Assembly (NCBI GenBank): GCA_018992685.1
Contig: JACVGT010000018.1
Span: 128,001 to 192,000, forward strand
Source of the DNA: Theionarchaea archaeon
GTDB taxonomy: Archaea; Methanobacteriota_B; Thermococci; Methanofastidiosales; SZ-28-30
Direction of reading: 5' to 3'
Length of the DNA stretch: 64,000 nt
The notes beneath the pieces are model-generated. The model did not search any database. It had not been told where the DNA came from and was given only the letters and a program-made list of their open reading frames with translations. A program made the position numbers and the translations under genes. How positions within the stretch are numbered: the first letter of the stretch is position 1; the number at the start of each line of letters is the position of its first letter. Below are positions 56,254 to 64,000 of the stretch, one piece after another.

Positions 56254-57813
56254 ATGTATGTTCTGGTTATTGATGCAGGGACCACAGGTATCAGGTCCAT
56301 TATTTTCGATAAAGAGACCACCGTCGTCTCACAAGCATATGAAGAAATCCCCCAGATTTACCCTGAGCCGGGCTGGTGTGAGCAAGATCCTGTTGTCATC
56401 TGGGAAAAATGCGTTAGTGTCCTCAAGCAGTCCTTGGAAAAGGCCAAACTATCCTCAACCGATATTGTGGCCATAGGAATGACCAATCAGAGATCCACCA
56501 GTTTGCTCTGGGACAAGAAAACAGGTGTTCCCATCCATAATGCTGTTACCTGGCAGGACACCAGAACAGCTCACTTATGTAAAGAAAAAGACAGAGCCTT
56601 CAAGATAAGGGCACTTCGAGGTGCAGGTTCTGCAGTGAAGCTTCTTGGTCAGATAATCAAGCCAATCAAGAGGAGCCGCACCGGAAAATTGCTGATGACG
56701 GTGTCGAACCTTTCCTTCAGCCCTGCTACTTCACTAGCCCATATTGCATGGGTTCTCAACAATGTAAATGGAGCACGAGAAAAAGCAGAAAAGGGGGATC
56801 TCCTTGCGGGTACCATTGATACCTGGTTAATCTGGAACCTTACAAGAGGCAGTGTTCACGCCACAGACTATAGCAATGCCAGTGCCACCAATATGTTTGA
56901 TACCTTCAGCCTGAAGTGGAGCACCCTGTTTCTGGGGCTATTTGACATTCCTCTTTCATTACTGCCTGAAGTCAGAGAATCCAGTGGAGATTTCGGCAAA
57001 ACCCATCCCGACCTGTTTGGCACTCCAATACCCATCACAGGTGTGTGTGCAGACCAGCAGGCTGCCCTCTTCGGGGAGACCTGTTTCAACGCAGGTGACG
57101 TGAAATGCACACACGGGACGGGCACCTTCATTGATATGAATGTGGGAGAAGAACCGGTCACCTCTCCTCACAAGCTTGTTCCCCTCATTGCCTGGTGTCT
57201 GAATAAGAAGGTGACCTACATGCTGGAAGGATATCTCGGGGCAACAGGTTCTGCTGTCCAGTGGCTGTGTGATGGACTGCAAATCGTCAACGCTCCCTCA
57301 GAAACGGATGATATCGCCTGTTCCATAGGAGACACAGGAGGAGTCTACCTTGTACCCGCCTTCCAGGGGCTGACCTCTCCATACTGGGACCCTCTGGCCA
57401 GGGGAGTTGTGGTAGGACTGACCCGGGGAACCAGAAAGGAACACGTGGTCAGAGCAACTCTGGAGGCCATTGCATACTGCTGCAGAGATATCATGGTAGC
57501 TATGGAAGAGGATTCTGGAGTGACCATCAAGACCATAAAGGCGGATGGAAATGCTTCCACCAACAATTTCATAATGCAATTCATGGCGGATCTCCTGGAT
57601 GTGGAGATCGAGAGACCTGCAATGCTGGAGTCTACAGCACTGGGAGCAGCATTCCTTGCTGGATTGTCTGTAGCCTACTGGAAATCACAGGAAGAGCTCA
57701 AGAAATACCGGAAAATAGATTCAAGATTCCAACCTGCAATGGACCACGCAGAAAGAGAGAAACTGTATAAAAAATGGAAAAAAGCAGTGAAAAGATCATT
57801 TGACTGGGCTTAG
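56254..57813 (+). CDS. glpK: FGGY-family glycerol kinase, GK5-like
   Basis: DAGTTG, TNQRST, WQDTR, ADQQAALFG, KCTHGTGTF, PAFQGL..PYWD, ADG; carries an extra amphipathic insert. Confidence 0.88.
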   Translation: MYVLVIDAGTTGIRSIIFDKETTVVSQAYEEIPQIYPEPGWCEQDPVVIWEKCVSVLKQSLEKAKLSSTDIVAIGMTNQRSTSLLWDKKTGVPIHNAVTWQDTRTAHLCKEKDRAFKIRALRGAGSAVKLLGQIIKPIKRSRTGKLLMTVSNLSFSPATSLAHIAWVLNNVNGAREKAEKGDLLAGTIDTWLIWNLTRGSVHATDYSNASATNMFDTFSLKWSTLFLGLFDIPLSLLPEVRESSGDFGKTHPDLFGTPIPITGVCADQQAALFGETCFNAGDVKCTHGTGTFIDMNVGEEPVTSPHKLVPLIAWCLNKKVTYMLEGYLGATGSAVQWLCDGLQIVNAPSETDDIACSIGDTGGVYLVPAFQGLTSPYWDPLARGVVVGLTRGTRKEHVVRATLEAIAYCCRDIMVAMEEDSGVTIKTIKADGNASTNNFIMQFMADLLDVEIERPAMLESTALGAAFLAGLSVAYWKSQEELKKYRKIDSRFQPAMDHAEREKLYKKWKKAVKRSFDWA

Positions 57814-57815
57814 AA

Positions 57816-58799
57816 CTATTCTGAATCAGGGGAGAAGGCATAGTGGACAGTTATCGTGCCATCCTCTCCAATAAGTGCAGTGATTCCGCTGTGCCTGGTT
57901 TCATTCCCCATGAATGCATCATACCAGAGAACCTGCCAATTCTCTTCTCCGACCTGAGTGACTACCACAGCCGGGAGCCGCGCCTTGGCCAGGAATGCCT
58001 GTATTTTTTCATCCTTTCTGGAATAGGAGACTGCTTTCTCAGGAGTGTCCACTGGAGGATCAGAAACAGTGTCCAATAGGGGCAGAGTCTCAACAGTCCG
58101 CGTTTCCAGGATGCTCTGGGAAAGAGTGTTCACGGTGTATATGTAGTATATCCGGGCTTTCTCATCCTCTCTCTGGACCACTACTGACCATATGTGGGGT
58201 AAAGCAGTGGGGAGACCATAGCCCTCTTCTCCTGCCTCTTTTTGGACAGTGGCGAGGGCCACTCCTTTTTCGTAGTACCGTATTCCAAAAAAAGTGGCTA
58301 CAAGACAGAGAGATACCACCGCGAGGACCTTCACGGTCTTTCTATCCTTGCGATAGTGACCAACTACAGCAGCCAAAAGGAAAATGGCGAAGAAGACTGG
58401 ATCAAAGAAACTGGTGATATCGAACACAGTTCTCGAATCTGAGAATGGCCATCGTATAGCCATGCTCCACGGAGTCAGTAAATCAAGGAAAAGGTGACCA
58501 AAAGCTCCGATCATGAATAGACAGAGCATCAAGAGGACCTTGTTCTTCTGAAAGTTGGACAGTTGGACAGTCATCACGAGATACAGCAGTCCCAGAACAA
58601 GAGCCCCAACAATAACTCCCACAATCGAGTGAGTGACTCCTCTGTGGTACTGGAATACAGCATCTATGCCCCCCAGAATGGAGACACCGTCAAAGTCAGG
58701 GAGCATGCATGCCGCTACAAAGAGCACCCAGGATTTCTTATCCAGGTTCAGCCCTCTGCCAATCACGATTCCTACCAGCCCATGAGATATGAGGTCCAT
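57816..58799 (-). CDS. Membrane-bound metal-dependent hydrolase (YdjM-like)
   Basis: MDLISHG, LPDFD, HRGVTHS, HLFLDLL. Confidence 0.88.
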   Translation of the reverse strand: MDLISHGLVGIVIGRGLNLDKKSWVLFVAACMLPDFDGVSILGGIDAVFQYHRGVTHSIVGVIVGALVLGLLYLVMTVQLSNFQKNKVLLMLCLFMIGAFGHLFLDLLTPWSMAIRWPFSDSRTVFDITSFFDPVFFAIFLLAAVVGHYRKDRKTVKVLAVVSLCLVATFFGIRYYEKGVALATVQKEAGEEGYGLPTALPHIWSVVVQREDEKARIYYIYTVNTLSQSILETRTVETLPLLDTVSDPPVDTPEKAVSYSRKDEKIQAFLAKARLPAVVVTQVGEENWQVLWYDAFMGNETRHSGITALIGEDGTITVHYAFSPDSE

Positions 58800-58942
58800 T
58801 CATGAATCACCTGTATATGGTCAATCCAGAGTCTCAATTGTTAAATACTTTCTCACTATCACGGAAATAATCAAAATGTCTGCACAACACAGAACCATCA
58901 ATATATTGACGTGTTGTACCTTGAGCTTTCTTCCTCGAAAGC

Positions 58943-60199
58943 TCATTCCCCTAGTCTAATAACATCAAAGTGCAGTTCCTCATTCACATTTTCAAGTACA
59001 GCTTTTTCCATTTGCACCTTGACCATTTCAGGAGGTTTGACAATCCTCTCCTTTTTTTCCTTGACTACTTCCCCTTGTGAGGATATGATAACCTTCACAT
59101 TCTTCTCAATTTCCTTTACACGTAGGTAAAACACAATGTCTTCCTTGGGATGTCCTCGGATTATCTGAGGAACAACATAACTAACATTTCGTCCCTTTTT
59201 TACTGAAACGACGGTATCCCTTCTCTCTACGGTTCCTTTAACGCAGGCTGCAGCACCTTTACCTGCGACTTCAGCCGCCTGAGATACGTCATCCACCAGG
59301 TCGTGGACATGCACCACATTTCCACAGGCGAATATCCCAGGAACAGAGGTTTCCATCGACTCATCTACCACCGGCCCTCCTGTGGTCAAGTCCATTTCAA
59401 TGGTAGCTTTCCTGGATAACTCGTTTTCTGGAATCAGTCCCACAGACAACAACACGGTATCACACGGAATATACCGTTCAGTTCCAGGTACCGGTTTGAA
59501 TCTCTCATCAACTTGCGCCACTGTCACTCCCTCGACTCTCTCCTTCCCTTTGATGTCAACGATCGTATGTGAAACATGCAAGGGTATCCCATAATCCTCC
59601 AGACACTGAACCACATTTCTGGTCAACCCCCCAGCCCTTGGCAGAATCTCGTATACTCCCTCCACGTCTCCGCCTTCCAGAGAAAATCGCCGAGCCATGA
59701 TTAACCCCACATCGCCTGAACCCAGAACAACCACTTTCTTTCCTGGTAGTAGTCCTTCCATGTTGATGAACCGCTGAGCAACCCCTGCAGTATAAATGCC
59801 TGATGGCCTCTCCCCCGGAATCAAGATCTGTGAGCGTGTTCTTTCCCTGCATCCCATGGCCAGTATTACGGCTTTCGCCTTCATGGTGACCACCCCCTCT
59901 TCGGGATTCACAACAGTCACCTTTTTGTCAGAGTCCAGGTCCACCACCATGCTATTTAGCATAACGCTGATTCCTGTTTTCTCAATCTCCTCAATGTATC
60001 GCTGGGCATATTCAGGACCTGTCAACATCTCGCCAAAGACAAAATTCCCAAACCCATCATGAATACACTGAGGCAGGATACCCCCCAGCTCGAAATCACG
60101 TTCCAGAATTACCACCTGTTGAGCTCCAGCCCTGTATGCACTCAGAGCAGCCGCCAACCCCGCAGGACCGCCTCCAATGACCACAATATCCACATTCAT
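58943..60199 (-). CDS. NAD(P)/FAD-dependent oxidoreductase, partner of a G3P dehydrogenase
   Basis: GGGPAG, GGILPQCIH.GFG, MGCRER, GSGDVG, GNVVHVHDLVD. Confidence 0.9.
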   Translation of the reverse strand: MNVDIVVIGGGPAGLAAALSAYRAGAQQVVILERDFELGGILPQCIHDGFGNFVFGEMLTGPEYAQRYIEEIEKTGISVMLNSMVVDLDSDKKVTVVNPEEGVVTMKAKAVILAMGCRERTRSQILIPGERPSGIYTAGVAQRFINMEGLLPGKKVVVLGSGDVGLIMARRFSLEGGDVEGVYEILPRAGGLTRNVVQCLEDYGIPLHVSHTIVDIKGKERVEGVTVAQVDERFKPVPGTERYIPCDTVLLSVGLIPENELSRKATIEMDLTTGGPVVDESMETSVPGIFACGNVVHVHDLVDDVSQAAEVAGKGAAACVKGTVERRDTVVSVKKGRNVSYVVPQIIRGHPKEDIVFYLRVKEIEKNVKVIISSQGEVVKEKKERIVKPPEMVKVQMEKAVLENVNEELHFDVIRLGE

Positions 60200-61953
60200 G
60201 AGACCACCTTTGTTTTGCTGGCCACAATGTATGATCCTCCACCCTTTTTCGTAACTCTCTCCAGTGGTAAGCCCTGCTCTCTGGACAGTATTTCAGCTAC
60301 CCTGGGTCCACAGAACCCACCCTGACACCTTCCCATCCCCGCCCTGGTTCTCCTCTTGACTGCGTCCATAGTCACAGCTGGTATTGACCCATGGATTGCA
60401 TTAACAATCTCAGCTTCAGTAACCTGCTCACATCGACACACTATGTGTCCATATCGTGAATTTTTCTTGATCAGTTCTGTCTTTTCTTCTGCAGACAGTT
60501 CTTTAAACACTGGAGGTGCCTTCCTCACTGGGTTAAACCCTTCCTTCTCCTTCAAAGGAACACCTGATTTTCTCAATATGTCCACAACCCTCTTGGCAAT
60601 CACAGGAGCAGCTGTCAACCCGGGGGATTGTATGCCTGCTGCATGGATGAATCCCCTTACCCTGGAAGGTCCAATCACGAAATCTTCAGTGTACGTGGCA
60701 GCTCTCACGCCGGCAAAATATGTAATAACAGAATTCAAGGGAAATTCGGGGACTGCTGGATGGTATTTCTCCACCATGGTCTCAAGTTCACTCTTGCTCA
60801 CAGATGTATCCTCCCTGTCTGAGACTTCCACTGCTGTGGGTCCCCACAACATGTTGCCGTCCACGGTCTCTAGGACCCCGCCTCCCTTGGTATGGGGATC
60901 CTGAGGGAATCGTAACTCGCTAACCTGGTGTGTAAGATACCCCTCAGTCTTATCAAAGAGCAAGATACTTCCTTTCCGGGGATGGATTGTGTACTCTCTG
61001 GCCCCTGCCATGCCGGCAATCACATCCGCATACACACCTGCTGCATTGATCACGGTCCTACAGGAAATGTCCCCTCTGGAGGTTGCTACTTTCCTGACAG
61101 CATCATTCTCTACCATAATGTCGAGCACTTCAGTATCTAGAACAAAGGTGACTCCATTCTCGACAGCGTTTTCTGCCAGGGCAATTGTGATCTTATAGGG
61201 ACAGGTTACACCATACCCAGGCATTAATATGGCTTTTACTGCCCTTTTCGTTATGTGGGGCTCCATCTGTAGCAGTTCCTTTCTGTTCACAACGCGGGGA
61301 GTATCTCCCACACTTTTGCCCCTGTGAGCCACAAAGTATGGTACTATGTACGTGAGAATAATTCGGGAAAGAAAAGAAGGAACCCACTGGGGCAGACTCT
61401 CCTCTGTTAATAAGATTAAGAGCCCATTCTTCTCATAGGGAACATCCAGATCTTCTGCAATCTTTTGGTATAGAGGCCAGGCTTCAGCACACAATTCTTT
61501 CTTAAGAGTGCCGGATTTCTCTCCGACCCCGGTGTGGATCTGTCCATTATTGGCTTTGGTTGCCCCACATGCCACATCTGATTCTTTTTCCACCACCACA
61601 ACATCTAGATTATACCGGGACAGCTCCCTGGCAACAAAACAGCCAATGACCCCTGCCCCTATGATGACTACATCTGTTTTTCCTGGAAGTTTCATACGTA
61701 TTCCAGAATCTCTGAAAAAGGACTGAGCCTCATCTTTACGCTCTGTGATATCTCTGCTTTTAGTATTATTGACAATCCCCCTCACTCCTTTCAGGCTGCC
61801 CGCATAGTGACCTATCTGCACCACGTCGTCCCATGTGTCAGCTAATCCAGCAATGGTGACAATTCTATCTTCTACAGAAACTTTAATAGACGATAGATTC
61901 TTTTTTTCCAGGAATTTTTCTAATTTTTTCTTTATTTTTTCATTTGTGGTCAT
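60196..61953 (-). CDS. FAD-dependent glycerol-3-phosphate dehydrogenase-like protein with N-terminal BON and C-terminal BFD-like [2Fe-2S] domains
   Basis: N-terminal IKVSVEDRIVTIAG...KGVRGIVNN (BON); GAGVIG, ATKAN, SPGLTAAP; CRCE...RAGMGRCQGGFC. Confidence 0.88.
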   Translation of the reverse strand: MTTNEKIKKKLEKFLEKKNLSSIKVSVEDRIVTIAGLADTWDDVVQIGHYAGSLKGVRGIVNNTKSRDITERKDEAQSFFRDSGIRMKLPGKTDVVIIGAGVIGCFVARELSRYNLDVVVVEKESDVACGATKANNGQIHTGVGEKSGTLKKELCAEAWPLYQKIAEDLDVPYEKNGLLILLTEESLPQWVPSFLSRIILTYIVPYFVAHRGKSVGDTPRVVNRKELLQMEPHITKRAVKAILMPGYGVTCPYKITIALAENAVENGVTFVLDTEVLDIMVENDAVRKVATSRGDISCRTVINAAGVYADVIAGMAGAREYTIHPRKGSILLFDKTEGYLTHQVSELRFPQDPHTKGGGVLETVDGNMLWGPTAVEVSDREDTSVSKSELETMVEKYHPAVPEFPLNSVITYFAGVRAATYTEDFVIGPSRVRGFIHAAGIQSPGLTAAPVIAKRVVDILRKSGVPLKEKEGFNPVRKAPPVFKELSAEEKTELIKKNSRYGHIVCRCEQVTEAEIVNAIHGSIPAVTMDAVKRRTRAGMGRCQGGFCGPRVAEILSREQGLPLERVTKKGGGSYIVASKTKVVS

Positions 61954-62107
61954 AGTAGTCCCTCCAGCAACCTCAGATCACCAAGAACGGGCTAAGATTT
62001 TAAATGTTTCTGTGTACTGAAGCGTCTTTTCTAGGAATTGAGCAGGAAGCAGCATCATAGCTCTGTGTCCACAGCAATCCACTGAATCCTTCAGCAGAAT
62101 CTATACT

Positions 62108-63310
62108 CTATTGATTCATGCTTTCAAAAACGATTTCTGACAGATCACGCGATTCAGAATTCCTGGTCCTCTTAAAAGCAATTTTGCACGCAGGGCAGGC
62201 AGTGACCACAGTGTCAGCAAGCTCACACAACTCACTGTCCCTAGCTCGCAGCAGTGTGACAGAAAGTTCAGGATTGGTCATGGCCAGGAGCCCACCTATT
62301 CCGCAGCATCGAGTGTGCTCCCTGGTCAGAGGAGGCTCCCTCACGGATACGCCCGGGATAGCTTCCAAGACCCTTCTTGGCTGTTCAATGATATGCAATT
62401 TCCTGGCCAGGACACAGGGATCATGATACACCAGGTCTTTGTTGAGCTCTTTCAACTGAATCTTCCCTTGTTCAATCAATTCCAGAAAATACTCAGACGT
62501 GTGCATCACGTCAGCTTTCACGGGGAATCCTGCTTCAGCATATACGTCCTTGAAGGTATACACACACTCAGGACAGCTACAGATCATCTTCTTACAGCCA
62601 CTTTTCTCAATGATATCTGCATTACGGGCTGCGAATTCCTTGAAATCATTTTCAAACCCCAAGAGATTCAAAGGAGCCCCGCAGCACCATTCCTCGGGTA
62701 ACGTAGTCACAGCAATTCCTACTTTCTCGAGAATCTTCATGGTGGTCTGGGCAATGACTCGTTCCTTGTTCAGCACCGTGCACCCAGCAACGTACAGTAT
62801 ATCTGCTTCTCGTGGCTCCAGCCCCAGGGAAGTCCTGGAATTCTGATAGATGGTGTGGCTGTTGACAATCTGATCTCTAATGCCCATCAGCATCTCTGGA
62901 GCCAGATTCCTGTCCACCAGATCTCTTCTCACCCCTATTAAGAGATCATCCACAGAAAAATCAAAAGGACACCACTGCTGGCATGCAGAACATGCAGCAC
63001 ATGCATACATCAAATCCACGGCATCTTGAGATGAAACCCGGCCCATCTCCAGTAAATAAGCTATCCGTGCCCTGCCTGCGGGTGCATATGTTTCAGACTT
63101 GGCTGCCTGCAACACGGGGCAATCAAATCGGCACATATTAGGACAGAGTGCACACTTCAAAATGTCATCCACGTGTGCCTTCGTTTTGCCATCTGGTAGA
63201 TACTTCTTCTTTGCTGTGAGAAACCTGACCACAACTTCCTTTTGCGTAGAAAGGGCCAACCTTGAGATAGCTTTTGCAATCCAGAAATACTTTTTGAATT
63301 CTTCCAGCAT
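62108..63310 (-). CDS. (Fe-S)-binding CCG-domain protein (GlpC/GlcF/HdrD-like)
   Basis: CALCPNMCRFDCP, CAACSACQQWCP, two CCG motifs, YHDPC, TACPAC. Confidence 0.9.
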   Translation of the reverse strand: MLEEFKKYFWIAKAISRLALSTQKEVVVRFLTAKKKYLPDGKTKAHVDDILKCALCPNMCRFDCPVLQAAKSETYAPAGRARIAYLLEMGRVSSQDAVDLMYACAACSACQQWCPFDFSVDDLLIGVRRDLVDRNLAPEMLMGIRDQIVNSHTIYQNSRTSLGLEPREADILYVAGCTVLNKERVIAQTTMKILEKVGIAVTTLPEEWCCGAPLNLLGFENDFKEFAARNADIIEKSGCKKMICSCPECVYTFKDVYAEAGFPVKADVMHTSEYFLELIEQGKIQLKELNKDLVYHDPCVLARKLHIIEQPRRVLEAIPGVSVREPPLTREHTRCCGIGGLLAMTNPELSVTLLRARDSELCELADTVVTACPACKIAFKRTRNSESRDLSEIVFESMNQ

Positions 63311-63311
63311 G

Positions 63312-64000
63312 TTATAACCCCATTTTTCCCGGATTCATTACATACTCAGGATCCAATGCTTTCTTTATCGTTCTCAGAACTTCAAGAGATGATCCCAGTT
63401 CCTGTTGTACCCACGGGCTCCGCAAGATTCCAATGCCGTGGTGATGACTTATGGAACCTCCAGCGTGCAAGCACGCTTTCATGGCAGCATCCCATACAGT
63501 CTGGTAGAAATCTGTAGGACTCCCAGTCATGGGTGTTCCCCCGAAAGTGAAATAGAAACACACACCCTGGGGATAGAAGTGTGAGGCGTGGGCAGATGCG
63601 ATAATCACCCCGTCAATTGATTTCATTGCAGAAATCATGGATTGATATAACTCCATGGATTTATCCCACATGACAGAGACTTCAATGGTGTCAAAAACAA
63701 CATCTCGGGGGGTGAATTCTGAGATTTCCTTCACATTGAAGCGGGTCTCTAACCAGTGGGCTGCGGGTCCCTCACCTACTGAGATTCCGCCGTGCTCTGT
63801 GCATACTGCATGAGAGACGGATCCTTCAAGGTCTACCAGCTCTCTGTCTCCTTCCAGAATCAGAATCAAAACACACTTTCCTCTTGTCTTCTTTGTACGG
63901 TAAAAATGCCTTTCTGTCTCCACCTGATCATATAATCGGGCCACAGCAGGAAAGATGCCTCTTCTCAAGATGATTCGTATGGATTCTAATGCCTCTTCCA
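63312..64000 (-). CDS. FAD-linked oxidase, alkyl-dihydroxyacetonephosphate synthase (AGPS)-like; C-terminal part, 5' end beyond the window
   Basis: DTIEVS..W, SAHASHFYPQGVCFYFTF, SISHHHGIG, ALDPEYVMNPGK; the frame stays open to the window edge. Confidence 0.85.
   Translation of the reverse strand, partial: EEALESIRIILRRGIFPAVARLYDQVETERHFYRTKKTRGKCVLILILEGDRELVDLEGSVSHAVCTEHGGISVGEGPAAHWLETRFNVKEISEFTPRDVVFDTIEVSVMWDKSMELYQSMISAMKSIDGVIIASAHASHFYPQGVCFYFTFGGTPMTGSPTDFYQTVWDAAMKACLHAGGSISHHHGIGILRSPWVQQELGSSLEVLRTIKKALDPEYVMNPGKMGL

Noticed and set aside
1-64000. CRISPR arrays, rRNA and tRNA genes
   Set aside because: I saw no regularly spaced repeats, cloverleaf/T-loop signatures or rRNA-like stretches in any intergenic region. 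This was by eye only; a covariance-model scan could still find small RNAs.

Overview
This is a gene-dense archaeal chromosome segment. Archaeal-type LonB, CCA-adding enzyme, AlaS, PheS/PheT, Trm11 and Hef, GGTGA Shine-Dalgarno signals and TATA-like promoters point to an anaerobic euryarchaeote. A Thermococci-related lineage such as Theionarchaea is my inference only. I found no rRNA, tRNA or CRISPR array. Housekeeping genes are interleaved with four candidate systems. (1) A ~16 kb cluster (47.7-64 kb) encodes an alkyl-DHAP-synthase-like flavoprotein with a CCG Fe-S partner, a GK5-like glycerol kinase with an amphipathic insert, a BON-fused glycerol-3-phosphate dehydrogenase, two SCP2 lipid carriers, a TPP enzyme, two alcohol dehydrogenases and an AOR; together these suggest an anaerobic glycerol-ether-lipid degradation pathway. 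(2) A regulator-led operon (41.2-45.9 kb) encodes an opine dehydrogenase, a B12-binding enzyme, a NadE-like protein and a Ddl-like ATP-grasp ligase, and looks like an undescribed small-molecule pathway. (3) A conservon/MglAB-like small-GTPase locus with Roadblock and V4R proteins (6.4-8.9 kb) has a second Roadblock-V4R pair at 46-47 kb. (4) An AT-rich island (30.7-37.3 kb) carries a two-gene PD-(D/E)XK nuclease module, a frameshifted ISH3-type transposase and several microproteins. Several genes appear to start at ATT or ATC. All calls come from reading motifs by eye; no database search was run.
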